Positions 37,432-50,398 of a DNA stretch of 64,000 nucleotides are shown here, one piece after another. Every line of letters begins with the position of its first letter. Within the stretch, counting starts at the first letter, position 1. The translations under genes were made by a program, and so were the position numbers. Under the pieces are notes generated by a model. The model searched no databases, had not been told where the DNA came from, and saw only the letters and a list, made by a program, of their open reading frames with translations. Origin of the DNA: Thalia democratica (lineage: Eukaryota); assembly GCA_965202585.1 (NCBI GenBank), contig OZ241833.1, positions 41,788,001 through 41,852,000 of the forward strand. The letters run 5' to 3'.

Positions 37432-39083
37432 ATTTGGTATGTTGATGTTAAATCTTAGTAAAACTGTAGTTTATAGCAATCATATTTTTATAAGTGTGTA
37501 AACTTAATAGTATAAAAATGTCGAAACTAGTTTTTAAAACGTTTTATAATATTAACTTTTTAACGGTTTATTTATCAGTGTTAGTTTTGTACGATAGACC
37601 TCAGACTTTGTTGACTTATGAGGTTTAATCTTCTTGCAGAAAGAGAGGTTGTATATTTTTTACTACACAAAGTATTTAAAATATTCACCTAAATTGAAGC
37701 ACTAATATGCAGCTTGTAGTTTTAACATCACAAATGAATTCAAATAAAACATAATTCTTACAGTATCTAAAAATAAATACAACTTTGTTTATAAAAATTC
37801 TATCACTCGTTGTAATCAACTATTCTCATACTTAGATATTAGCTAGACTTTTTTGTAGTTAAGTTAAGAAAATATATTCAGTTTTTTTCTTTGTTTTAAA
37901 CAGTTAAGTAAGGCTTGTTTGATAATAAATGTTTAATAAATTATTTTTATTTTGTAAACTAGTGAATTAATTGACTGAAATTTCGAGTAAAAGCATCAAG
38001 TTTAAAGTTTATAAGTTAAAAAAAAACAATTTAACTAAATATTTTTTATTGTTGTAGTTTTTTTATATAGTTACGATAAGCAAAGAACATACTAACTATT
38101 AAATTTAAAAATTATTATAATCGAATAGTTTTACAGATTATTATATAAAATGAACTTGCAAGAAAAATACACGTAATGTTGGCACTTATTACATATATTT
38201 ATATAGACATATGAAGTAATTTATTAGAATTATTTATTTTGTTATTTATTATGTAGAACAGTCTATAAAATTGTTTTAAACTTTTAAGAATTCTTTATAG
38301 TTTTTTTTAAGAAATATGGTTACATAACTAGCAAAAAAAAAAATCTTAAGTAAAAGTTTTTTTTTTTTTAATATATAAATTTTTATCAAGTTTATTATTT
38401 TTTGCAAGATAATCCAATACAAAATTAAATCAGTTTGGAAATGTTGGTTTCTATCATGGTTACCCATACTTTACCCTGACTAACTTATTTTTATTTGAAA
38501 GAGTTTTCACATAAGGTAAAATGTTACAATATTTTTTTGCAATTTGTAAGTTGTCTAAATACAATTGTAATAAATTAAAATTTTATTGAAAAACTTGCAA
38601 ACTAATTTAATTTTGAAATTACTTAATAGATTTAAATTTCAGTAAGTAGGGAAACATGTTTAATTATACTATTTTAGAATGTGGTATACATTATTTTTCA
38701 ATGGTTTTATAAATTAATTATTTAAAAAGTATCATTAGTCTGAAGTACTTAAGTTTGTAATAAGTTAACGAAACTACAAAGAGTCTGAAATCACGTTATA
38801 TAAAGTTTTATTAATAATACTTTTTATTTATATAATGAACTGAATGAAAATACGTTAAACTACCAAATTTGAACACTTTAATTTGAATTAAATACTAAGA
38901 GTTCAATATAAAAATTTTAACTTGAAAGTTTCAAAAGTTGAATATAAAAGAATATGGTAAAGCTTTTCATGGTTAACTAAATTAAAAATTTGTTTTTATC
39001 TAAATATATTTATTGTAGTTTTAACTACATTCTAATTTTAACATCTTTTACAGCTGTTTCATAGTAATTCAATTTTACTGAAC

Positions 39084-40559
39084 ATGTTAACCTACCTCTA
39101 TTCAATTGTTCCATGGTGCACTTTCATCTTCACGACGTGGAAAACCAGCAATCTCTTCGACTACATCCTTCAATACTCTGTTAACATGCAGCAATTGTTC
39201 CTCAACAAGTTAGACAAAGACACTATCAGAAATGAGCTCCATGATTATGTAGACAAAACCTGCGATTACTGTTTCAACCCTGAGAAGTTGTTGGAAAAAA
39301 TCAAAAGTTTCATCCAATTTTTGTACTACTTAACAATGATTGGAGCAGTCTGTTTTGTGTGGAAGTTTACCGACCAAGTTATAGCTTTTGTCGCAATTTA
39401 CTTGTTGTGCAGTCATTATGACGTCATAAAAAGAAGCTGTTGCGACCTGTGGAGTATTGTCAAACGCCGTTGTTGGATTTCAGGTGGGATTTTTATTTTG
39501 GCGGTAACTTTTACACGGAGTTGCATAGATATTGTTATATTTGCAAACTTTAATGAACATTACAGTTGGATTATTTGTATAGCGGGTAGTTTTTCATCCT
39601 TCAATATGGTGTGGGTTTTCACCAAAAATTGTGTCAGTTGCTCGGGTTATGTAATAAACTTATTAAATTTTGCAATCAACAATCCTACGGCAGTTTTCTA
39701 TGTAATAGCTGTTTTGGTGTTGGTAGGTTTTTGCTGGAGTTTGAGTAAAGTAATTGTCTTTAAAGTCAGAAAATTTCTAAAATTAAAGAAAACTGGCTTG
39801 TCTGACGTTGAAAAATTCTTTCTACAAATTTCTGTAGACCCTGAAGAATCAGTCATTTTCAAAACATCGAAATTTCCTATTAAATTTGAAGTTCCAGAAA
39901 ACTCTGAAGATCTTCCGTTACCCGAACTTTCTTCACAATGTAAAGTTCCAGAAAAATCTGAAGATCTTCCGTCATCTGAGCCTCCTACACAGTTTAAAAT
40001 TCCTCAAAAATGTGAAAACATCAAAAGCTTGATGAAAAATAACGATGAGGCGACTGTATCTGAAGATGAAGACACTTTAGAAACTAAAGTAGTAAATCCT
40101 GAAACTTCAAAAGCAAAGACCGAAACTACTCCTGTTTTTCCTGATAAATTTTCAACGGTCAATTATCAAGATGACAACAAAGTTGAAGTTTTAACAGCTA
40201 AAGATATAAAAACTAAAGCTTCAAACAAAAGTATTCCATCTTTACCTGATAAAATACCAGCATTTAAGCCTGAAGAGACCAAAAAGGTTGTAGTTGAAGC
40301 CTTAAAAAGAGAAGTGACAAGTACTAAATCTTCTGACAACAGTACTCCCTCTACACCTGATATAATTTTACCAGTTAAACCTAAACATACTAAAAAGATT
40401 GTTGCTGAAGCGTCAAAAGCTGATTCAGATGAAGAATTTCGTAGAACTCCTCTGAATCCTGAAGATTGTGACAGTTCTTCTGAATCTGATAAAATTGAGG
40501 ATTGTCGAAAGTTACCGGAAGCAACTAGGACTTCACCTGTTCAAAGCTTAAAGGTATGA
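39084..40559 (+). CDS. A4: 491-aa multi-TM protein with 2 repeats; tail lost by a 1-bp deletion
   Basis: Open from ATG to TGA 40557-40559. CCTGTTCAAAGC versus CCTGTTCCAAAGC in A1/A3/A5 shifts the frame; ancestral stop at 40676-40678. Confidence 0.85.
   Translation: MLTYLYSIVPWCTFIFTTWKTSNLFDYILQYSVNMQQLFLNKLDKDTIRNELHDYVDKTCDYCFNPEKLLEKIKSFIQFLYYLTMIGAVCFVWKFTDQVIAFVAIYLLCSHYDVIKRSCCDLWSIVKRRCWISGGIFILAVTFTRSCIDIVIFANFNEHYSWIICIAGSFSSFNMVWVFTKNCVSCSGYVINLLNFAINNPTAVFYVIAVLVLVGFCWSLSKVIVFKVRKFLKLKKTGLSDVEKFFLQISVDPEESVIFKTSKFPIKFEVPENSEDLPLPELSSQCKVPEKSEDLPSSEPPTQFKIPQKCENIKSLMKNNDEATVSEDEDTLETKVVNPETSKAKTETTPVFPDKFSTVNYQDDNKVEVLTAKDIKTKASNKSIPSLPDKIPAFKPEETKKVVVEALKREVTSTKSSDNSTPSTPDIILPVKPKHTKKIVAEASKADSDEEFRRTPLNPEDCDSSSESDKIEDCRKLPEATRTSPVQSLKV
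39891..39998 (+). repeat. Coding 54-bp tandem repeat, 2 units
   Basis: VPENSEDLPLPELSSQCK / VPEKSEDLPSSEPPTQFK. Confidence 0.9.
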
Positions 40560-41932
40560 CTTTCTTCTATTCTGATAGATCTAAGAATACGTCAGGAAGT
40601 GAATCTGAGAAACACGAAGACCGTGAACCAGATAAGAATAATGTGAAAGGTGATAACCGAAAAGATGAAACAAAATGAACAACTAAAGCCACGTAATCGG
40701 AAATTCTCTTGAAAATATTATTTAGTTATCATTGATGTATACTTAGTGTTAGATTTGAATTTTTTGTTACATTTTTAAAAATTTAGTTTCGTTGTATTGT
40801 GTTTTGTTTTTTGAATCGCACTGAGACTAATTTTAATAAAATATCACTCAATAGTATAACTTTTTTTGCTTGGTAAATAGTAGAAATCTGTGTATTTCAA
40901 AACTTGGAATGTTAAGTATTTGGAGTAGTTTAAATTGTCAATATGTTTATAAATCTGGACATATATTTGCAATTATAACTTTTAACTTTAAGTATTGTTT
41001 CATCGAATACAAATTTTTCTAATTTTATCAATGTATCATGTTTAAACACTAACTAAAATAAAAATTTTATCTCAAACCTTGGTTTTTATGAAATGGTTAA
41101 ATGAACTCGAAAAAGTCTAAGCTGTTTGACAAACTATTTTGAGTTAAATTTTCTTTAGCATCACCTATGCAGTCTAAACTTTAACTTGAATTTAGTATAC
41201 ATACATGAAGTTTTAGTTTGATAAAAGAAGGAAATTCTGTTTTAATATGATGGTGTATTTAGAGTTCTAATTTTATGCTTAACTATTTAATTTAGTTTGT
41301 TGTTTACTAGAATTTGTTTGTACTTAGCCAGTAGTTTGTAAGCACGTATATTTAATTTCAACTGAATTAAAATGACGTTATAGATAATTTCTTGTAATAG
41401 CTTAGTAATCTTAGCATAAATTTGTTTTGATAAACAGTCTAATAACTTTTTCGCTAGAGTACTAGGTGTTTTTGTTATAATAAAATTTAATTATTGTATG
41501 TTATCATACCTTATTGATAGTTTGTCTTCCTACATTTTACCATGTTTTTTTTCAGATTTTATGTTAAGTGATGATCTTATTTTTGAGTTAAACATTGTTT
41601 TGAAAATAAGAGGTTTAAAACAATCGGAATATCTACTTAAAATAAAAATTTTTCATATGGATTTAAACTTCTTTATTTTAGAAAATATCTTTCGTTGAGG
41701 ACAATGGTTTCTTGCAATATACATATGTTTTTTTGAAGTGTGTGTACTGTATTATATGCACATAAAAACTATCTTTGAATAAAAATAAAGGTTTACAGGT
41801 AGCAAGATGTATTTTTTAAAATGATATGAACTTGTTTTCTAGAGTTTTAATCCGTTTTTAGTTTTTTCTTAATAAGATCTACTGACAAACAGTTTTGTAA
41901 AGGTTGGATTCAATATTAATGTTTCATATGTT

Positions 41933-42313
41933 AGGGAAATGTAACATACAAATCGCGGAGTGAAAACGATCGGCTCGCCAATGTTTACAAAATTTACAAA
42001 ATTTAAAAGAAATCCGGCCTGCAAAAGGTATAACTAAGCAAGATTGTAAATTTGGCCTACTTACCGAGTTTTGAAACTTACACTAGGATTTTTGGGACTT
42101 GATTTGAAGAAGAAAAGAAAGTTGTTAAGTGCAAATTGTTGAAGGTTTAAAGCTCACACTAGGTATTAAGTTGAAAGTAATACAGAACTAGTGTTTTGTC
42201 GAATTGATTCGGATTAATTGAGTAATTTTCGTGAGTTAATTGAATTAAAATGCTCAGTCCCACCAAAGACTAAACCTTTTTCAGATCTGGCCCGCCGACT
42301 CCAAACCACCCCT
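41933..42313. mobile_element. MITE copy behind A4
   Basis: Homologous to 5961-6330, more diverged, ATGTT on both sides. Confidence 0.6.
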
Positions 42314-44508
42314 ATGTTGTTAGTCGGAAAACTTTTAGTTTGTTTATTTTTAACAGGTTTTCAAAAAAGACTAGAAATAGAAAGACTAGTTTTCTTGCAG
42401 AGATACTTTTAATAAAAAACAAAAACTAGAAAAAAAGTAACCATAATGGTAAAAAAAAATCGCTTAACACTAACACCAGAAAAGAAAAGTATAAACAAAA
42501 CTTAAAGTTTACTTATTTTTTTAAGACCAATGAATTCTAAACAACAAATATTCTAAATTTGTCTGTTCAAATCTGAACAGTATATTTTAAGTACTAACTC
42601 AAGTTGATAATAAATTCATTTAGATAATTTGTCCGAAGTTTAACAGGAAACATATAGCCTGGAAGAAAACTAAGATCTAATAAACTTTAAAACTTAGCTA
42701 AAATCATTCATATTTGATCAAGGTTTTCTAATGAATTTTGAGTAAGCACATAAACTTTATCACGTTTTTAATCTTACTATACTACTTAGAGAAATCAACA
42801 TAAACTTCTAAAGCGCCTTTTTTCATAAGTTGTTACACTATGATATTGCTAAACTTCTTCAAAAATTAGTTTGGTACTTTTTCGTTAAACACTAACTTGA
42901 CTCTTCTCAAAATTTTCGTTAAAATTTCAAAATCGATTGAATGTAAATCTTTATGCTATTTTGTTTACTTATTGTTTTAGAAAAAATTTAACGAAAACGA
43001 GACAAATTTAAAAGTTTATACAGGTCAGGAAGTCAGTAAATTATACTTCAAAAATCTCATTTAATACTAGATTAGATTAAAGTTATGAAAAATAAGAAAC
43101 TATCAGCTAAACATTCTTCACTGTAAGTATTAGCGTAATTGTTGAAACTAAAGTTTTTATTTATGAAAAAGATTAGTCTTTAGCAGGCAGGCGGGCGTGA
43201 GCATTTTAATTTCAAGCTTATTATATAAGATTTTTTAAGCATTGACTAGGTCTTTGACCGAAACTTAGTTTGTAAAATGAATTCTTAGAAAAACTAATTC
43301 ATTTTTTTCCTCTAGTGGTTGAGATCTCTTAATTAATCTTTATTTATTTAAAACCAAAACATATAATATTAAAGGTTTTATTATAAATTTACAGTTCTTG
43401 TATATTTATAATAATGTATATTTAGTTAATGATTTTTTAGTTTTATCAATTCATGTGCATTTACATAATGCAGTGTTACAAAATAACTTATTTCATCTTA
43501 AAACATACAAACTATTGCAAATCAAAGTACAAGCTATCTTTAATGTTTTTTTAGTTATATTTTTAATACTTATTTTTTGATAAATAACCAGAATTACCAA
43601 ACTCTTTGATACATCTCTTCCAGTTTTTTAAAAGTATATTTTATGGGTCTATTTTTAGTTTAAAGCTAAGTTTAAAGTTGAAAACTACGCTAAGTAGCAT
43701 AACATCGTTGAAAAATACTTAAAATGTGTTTAAACAATATATATGAGGACAAAAAAAATTATTTTTATGGTAGATTTCTTTTGTCATGTTGTGAAGAAAA
43801 ATTATCTACTTGTCAATAATAAATGATCTGAGTTTATATTTTAAAAGTTTTACTAAAATTTCAAGAACTGTATTACTCTATAAGATTTCGTCTATAAGAA
43901 AAAAAGTGCTACTCTACTTAAAAAGTCTAGACACGCCCGTAGATTATATCTAATTGTAAGTGAAAGTTTTATAAAAAACATATACACATTCTTTTATAAA
44001 AATTTTATTGTATATCAAAGTATATTTACTATTAGCTGTTAATTACCATGAAGAAGTTGTGTTGCTCTTCTGATTTACGATACTATTGTTTATATTGTGT
44101 TAGTAAAAAAGAAAACAAGTTTTATAAGAACCCAAAATTTAACCCTATACATTAAAGAAAAATAAAAAAAGAAATCTGTACTGTAAGAGTTATGGTATTT
44201 ACGTAGCAGTATGCACAATATGTAATTGCAATTATGTAGGCCAAAAATAGCTTTAGTAACAGATGGACATCACACAGATTTAACAGGAACAGATCAAAAT
44301 CAAAGTTTAATCCTGAAAATATATCAGATGAATATGGATTGTAAAGACAATATTATTTTAATCATAAGAACAACCTGGATAGACTTAATTTGAATGGCGC
44401 ATACGAAGTTGCTTTTCTGAAACAACCTAATACTAATAATTAAGATTCTAGAGAACATTTTGTATAAACAAACTTAAATCAAGTATTAATATAGCTAAAA
44501 CATAATAC

Positions 44509-44700
44509 AAATAAAAACAAATTATACAGTAATCTTCCTTTATTCTACCAACATATGTTTTTTGTGAGTCAACGAATCAACACACTTCAACTGGGTTGTT
44601 AATGGGAAAGATAACCCAGTTGAAGTGTGTTGATTCGTTGACACACAGAAACATATGTTGGTAGAATAAAGGAAGATTACTGTATAATTTGTTTTTATTT
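44509..44700. repeat. Near-perfect 192-bp palindrome (arms ~89 bp, 15-nt spacer)
   Basis: AAATAAAAACAAATTATACAGTAATCTTCC...CTGGGTT / AACCCAG...GGAAGATTACTGTATAATTTGTTTTTATTT, with about three differences. Confidence 0.95.
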
Positions 44701-44868
44701 ATATTCCAGTGAAGTTACCTCACTAGGATCTTTTGTTAACAAACAATAAAAACTATATTTTGAACAGTTAAAACATAATACAATGATTTATAGGGGTATA
44801 ATAGTAAGAGTAAATGTTGTAAGATTATACATTTTTTGTAGTTTTTCATACATATATATAAGTTTTAG

Positions 44869-45373
44869 GGGAACGTGTCTAAACTGCAGGAAGACAAAAT
44901 TGCACGAGGTTACTAAATTGCACGAGGGGACGAAATTAAACGAAAACAAAATTGCACGAGAAAACAAAATTGCACGAAGATGATTTTGCACCAAAGGTCG
45001 ATTTTGCACAAGTTACATTTTTGCACGAGAGTGTAAAATACAGAAAAAAAAAGTTTAATTAAGAAAAAGAAAAAATATTACTGACCGAGGATATGGGTTA
45101 GGGGTAACAGTAATAGTAAAAATAAAAAAAAATTAGACAAAACATTTAAAAAAAAATGTAATAAAAACAAAAAAAATTAAAATATATAATGAAAAAGTCC
45201 TACCGACGAAGGGTAAGGATTAGGGGTAACAGTGAGAGTAAAAAAAAACTAAATTTCATAAAAAAAATAAATTAATTAATACAGAAACTAAAAACTTAAT
45301 CTGTACAAAATTGTCTTCGTGCAATTTTATCTTCGGGCAATTTTGTACGCACGTGCAATTTAGACAACTACCC
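44869..45373. mobile_element. MITE with subterminal AAATTGCACGA repeats
   Basis: Imperfect TIRs GGGAACGTGTCTAAACTGCA / TGCAATTTAGACAACTACCC; multiple AAATTGCACGA units on the left and inverted units on the right; two internal TTAGGGGTAACAGT repeats. TSD not clear. Confidence 0.75.
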
Positions 45374-46642
45374 AAAATATACTGCATGTACATTAGTACT
45401 TTTATTAGTTTTTATAAGCTAAGTTTTATTATTTCAAGTATTAAGTGAAGTTTTTTTGATGCTCAATATAAAAAAAATATTTTTGTTTATGTTGATACAG
45501 AGCTTAATTTATCTAATTATGTATATTTGGTAGTTTTGCCTATATTTTTAAAAACTTTGTGTTTATATTTAAACATTTCTTTTGTGCTTTTAACAGCTGT
45601 TTATTTTATTTCATTAAAATTTTCTAGTTAATTGATGAACGCTTTGTAAATAATAGTTTGGTTTATATTTCACTTGACAGTTGTTTATAAGGTTTATTAC
45701 AGCCTTTCTGATTTGATAACCAAAACTGTACAACTGTTTTAAATAGTAGTGAATTGGCTTATGTTCTGACCCTGGATACGGCTTACTTTATTATCTAATA
45801 AGCAGGTTAAATCATTTTTTTACTTTTTAATTTACTAAGCAATTTTTTTTAAGAAAAAAAAATTCTTTTGACGTCTTAATACCAGTTAATATTAATTAAC
45901 AAAAGTAATTTTTTATAAAACTAAAACCTTGGTAGAACTTAAAAATAAGGGAATACAACTGTAATTTTTGTAATATTTATTCCAAAGATGTAATTTTAAG
46001 TATAATAGGCTGTAATACTATTTTAAACACTTAATGAAAATTTAAAACTAATATAAATACTAAATGGACTTTGTTTAAATAATAAAACTAAGTGTTAAAT
46101 TTTGTAAAAACTCTCAAAACTATAATATTTTATTTAGAGAAACAAACGATGAAACAGTTAATAATTAAATTTAATGAAAACTACTTAAATTCAAACAAAA
46201 ATCTTAAAAACTGCACCATACTGTAGTTAGTTTAAAGCTGTAGAGTTACATATTTATTTACAATCAAAAGAAATTTAACAGATATGTTAAAATAACGTAA
46301 AAAAATTTTTCTTTTTTTTTTAGGCAAAAAATTTAAGTAAAGTTTTAGAATTTTGAGGTTATCATATATTTTTTAGAACAATAAAGAACAACTTAAATAA
46401 CGTAGTATTTAAATTATTGTTAACCTAGAGAAGTATTTAAACTATTGTTAACCTAGAGAAAAACATTTAAACTTTGAAAAAAAAAAATTAAGCATCTTTA
46501 CATAATTAAGTTCTCAAACAAACAATTCAAATGTTAAAACATGAGCCAAATTCAAATAAAGAGGTAAAATCTATGAAGTTCTAACCAATTAATTGCTAAA
46601 CATAGAAGCTCACTTTTTATCGTAATAGTAACAGTAATTTAT

Positions 46643-47413
46643 TGAACGACAAAAAAAGACGCTCAAAATATTTTGTTCTAGGACCTAGTGCATAAAAAAA
46701 ACCTTTCGGTTATCGAGTCGCGCACCTAGTATACATTTTAATGTCTTGTCCAGGACCTAGTTTTAATGATTCAGAGGTTACAGCTATCTATTCGCTATGA
46801 ACATTCGATATTCAGAGGTTATCTAGTCGCACATCTTGTTTTAACGTCTTGTCGAGGACAAGAATAACAGTAGAATTTTTTAGTTAAGTCACACCTGTGT
46901 TAGTCTTTTTTTTTTTGGTGTTGCTAGACCAAAATAATATTAAGTTTATGCACAGTTGTCATGTAGAAACTTTCTAAACTTGTTCGCACTCCTTAGCAAG
47001 TTTTGTAAGATTAGATAAGTTCAGGTTGATATTTTGTTTAAATGAAAATAGTAGTTTTTTTTTTTAAGTTTTCAATTTAAATATTTTCAGTATGACTGAG
47101 CAGTTAACTCTTTTAGCTCTTTCAGTCAAAATTTTAATGGAATAAGGAATTGAAAAGTTTTCCTAATCCAATGATTTCCAAATTCTTTGAATTTCAAACT
47201 ATCATTATAAATCTATGTTTTAAAAGGACGTAATGCTTTCCATATTCCTTGAAAGAATTTTGGCATAAAATGCTAATTGCTTGAAAGATAAAACTGAAAC
47301 ATTATGTTTTTATTATTTTACTATCTTCTTTTATTCCAAAAGGAACAACTGCTCCAGTGTTCCTCCATACGTGTTGCCCCTGAAGCAGTATATAAAAAAA
47401 AAAGTACTACTTT
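46643..47413 (+). repeat. Orphan copy of core-block segment ~14479-15138 (includes part of the X block)
   Basis: Colinear match including GTCGCACATCTTGTTTTAACGTCTTGTCGAGGACAAG and AAGGAACAACTGCTCCAGTGTTCCTCCATACG; its 5' part is locally duplicated. Confidence 0.85.
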
Positions 47414-47861
47414 ACTGTGAACAATGAACGGCAACCCAGAAAATCGTAATTATTTGCAATACTAACAGGCAACTTGACTGTAAAAATGAATACACAAATT
47501 GAAAAATGAGAATAAAAACTTTGAACTAACTTGGAAAATACTAGAAAAAGAATATAAATCAGGACCCAGAATAGAAACGTGCAGATTGTGCTTGAAGGAA
47601 GCATTAATGATCCTGTTCAAGCAGATAAAATTTGCATTAATAAAAGATCAGAAATAATGAGTTCATGTAGACGAAAGAATAAATTTTGTTATTCTATTGG
47701 AATGAAACTAAAACCTAATAATTTAAGTATTAATAGCATTTTAACTATCTGTCAACTTTTTTAGAACTTTGTTAAGAATTCGTTGTGTTTACGTTTATAT
47801 TGTATCCAGTTTATATATATTTAAAATTTTGTTAATTAATACCAGTATTAAGTTCACCTGA
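47414..47861 (+). mobile_element. Penelope-like retroelement 3' remnant (C-terminal part of the GIY-YIG endonuclease region)
   Basis: Frameshifted translation IHKLKNENKNFELTWKILEK..CRLCLKEALMI / INKRSEIMSSCRRKNKF matches the W.IL...C.LCL.EK..I...LN.R.E..S.CRH..KF pattern of Penelope ORF ends. Confidence 0.75.
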
Positions 47862-50398
47862 CTATGTATTTTTCATTTAATAATGTTTTTACGCATCATG
47901 AATTTCTGTTCATGTTCTGGAATATCTGTTCAATAAATTAAACCACTTAAATCATGAACAAATAAGTGTTTTTAAACCAAATCTCGATCTGTCCAAAGTA
48001 AATTAATTAAAAAAGCAAACAATTTGTTTTGCTTGTGCCTAAAAAAACAAAAAAGATAACATATAATAAATTTTTCAAAAACTTGCAAAATTGAATCCGG
48101 CATACTAATTTAATTAACACAAATATAAAGCTTATTTCCCTTTTTTACAAGCTTACTTACTCTCTCTTCCTTTTATGCACGTAACAGCTGCAGCAATAAG
48201 ATGTATTCCAAAAATTTATCAAAAAGACACAAAACACTACTTTATAAATGAATGTTCTCACCGAAATTCTTAAACATTAACAGGTGGCATGTATATCCAA
48301 AATAAATTAAAAAGGCACAACAAATTATTTTATAAATAATTGTTATCGCCGCAACTCTTAAACATTAACAGGTGTTTTTGTTTCCATTATCACATTTTAC
48401 GACACAATCCTTTCTTAAAATACAAAACACATGCAATCAAAATTAACTCCCTAGAGTTTAACTATTGCGCTAAGCTCACTTTAATAACTTAACCAGAAGC
48501 TTCTGTCAATCAAGTTAACTTCCCATATTTTGTTTCATCACTTTTGCAGTTCGAAAAGAAACTTAAAGTTTAAATAACTTCAAGCTATTAAGCAAATTTT
48601 TTTATTTTTGCTACTAAAAAATTTTATCAAAAGGTTCCGTCATACAAATTGCTTAATCTAAAGGGTTTGGAATGTCGCTTTTTCTTTTATCTCTAATTTC
48701 AAGTTATTCACTGACAGTGTGAAAATGAGTTTATGGCATTTTTCATGGATCAGTTTTTCGATCATTTCGAATAGAAGTAGAAGAACCATTAAAGTTAATC
48801 CGGTAAAGTCAATTACTAATAGCTTTCAAAACAACTTAAGGCAAATATAAAAGACTACAGTAACACAAAAGGAAAGTTTTTTTTTTTTTTTATTAATTAA
48901 AGAAAAACTCTTTTGTTAATATTCATAATGAACAAAACTAAAAACTTTATAAATTTTTCTTTACTGTATAATTATTTTTTTTAAAGAAATGACTCTTCGT
49001 TAATTTGTTTCAACATTTTACACTACTTAAGTGGTTTTATTGAAATTGTCAATTAAGTTTTTAATCTTCTTTTTTTTTACTGCATGAGTTGAGTGGTTGT
49101 AGTGCAAATATTTCAAACTAGTAATTAACTTAAAAACGTCAAGTTTATAAGCTTATGGTATCAACAAGTTAAATAACAAATTGTTTACTCTATGTAATAA
49201 ATTAATTTTGTTATTTTGTCAAAAAGAAAAAAACCTTTACTTTTATTATTACTTTTGCCTTTTGAAAACATTAACAGTTACATGATAAAATCGTTTTTAA
49301 TTTTTGTTTGCCTAATTTATTTAAGTTATATAAACAAAACCCAAAAAAAAAAAAAAACTATGCTTAATAAAGTGAGTTTTTTGATCGTTAGTTTTATTAA
49401 ATACAGCTGCATTGTATTTGGTATGTATTCTTAATATTTAAGCCAGCAACACTCAGATTTTTATAGAATTTATGCCAGAGAAAGTTAAAATTTTTAGTTT
49501 ATGTGTGATGACATTAGTTTTTCTTTAAAAGTAAGGTACTTTACAGTTATAGATTAAGTATACTTTCATTAAAAAAAGTTTTTTTTTCTTAACTAAACTG
49601 ATATTACTTTAATAATTCGGTAAAAAATTTTAACACATTCTTATGCATTGCTTCATATTTTATCTTCACTATTTTTAATATGTTAAATGCTTTACTTAAA
49701 AAATGCACAGGTATTCTTTTTATATAAAACTTTAACAAAAATAATTTTACATATATAAATTTTAAATATAAACATGTCTTATTAAACTTTCTTGTAAGTT
49801 ACTTTGCTAAAGTATTTTTTTGTTAACCTTTTACTTTATCTAGATTTAAAAATAGTGTCAGTAAACTTTTTTTTTCTGACTAAATCTAAAAAAAAACATA
49901 TATACATATTTCAAAATTTAAAAAATATCAAATAACTATACAAACTTTTATGCAACTAGGAAAACAAATTTGTTTTGTCGTGTAATGCATTTTATATTTC
50001 ACTTTTTGTTAGTATGCGTACAGTTTATTTTCTGGATTTTACATCCTTCTTTTTTCTCTTCTGTCACTAATCGTACTTAAACTTTATTTTAAAACTTGTA
50101 TATTATATATAGAACAACTTTTTGACAAGTAGGAAGCTTTTTTTTTTTCTTTTTGCTTTCAAAAAATTTACTAAATCAAAAAATAAGAAAAATAAAAAAT
50201 TTTTACAGGGTCGATGTTTGACATCGACGTGAAAATTTTATTATGTTCGCTTCGATAGTCCAAAAGTCGAGTTTATAAGTAATTTGATATTTAAATCCTT
50301 TTCTTTACTACTAATTTTTTAAATGATAAAAACACTTTGGTTTTTAAAAACATTGTTTCGAAAAATAATAACAACCGCTAGTTGACGCATTTTTGCCA

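Larger units (their letters stand above)
27330..37740 (+). repeat. Core block copy 2
   Basis: Near-identical to 6020-16450. Edges approximate. Confidence 0.95.
37432..42370 (+). repeat. A-module copy 4
   Basis: 5' flank like module 2 (shared deletion); MITE at 41933-42313. Confidence 0.85.

Noticed and set aside
42700-42960. Non-LTR reverse transcriptase remnant on the minus strand (IDFEILTKIL...VDFSK)
   Set aside because: Multiple stops, motif spacing shorter than expected, and another frame reads equally plausibly; cannot be supported without a profile search.
46405-46460. 28-bp tandem duplication (also a 13-bp one near 13770)
   Set aside because: Ordinary slippage events with no further structure.
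50210-50228. Perfect 8-bp hairpin GTCGATGT-TTG-ACATCGAC as a Helitron end or terminator
   Set aside because: No CTRR end at the expected distance and no other element features; CTTGTC-GAG-GACAAG (14573-14587) is likewise unsupported.
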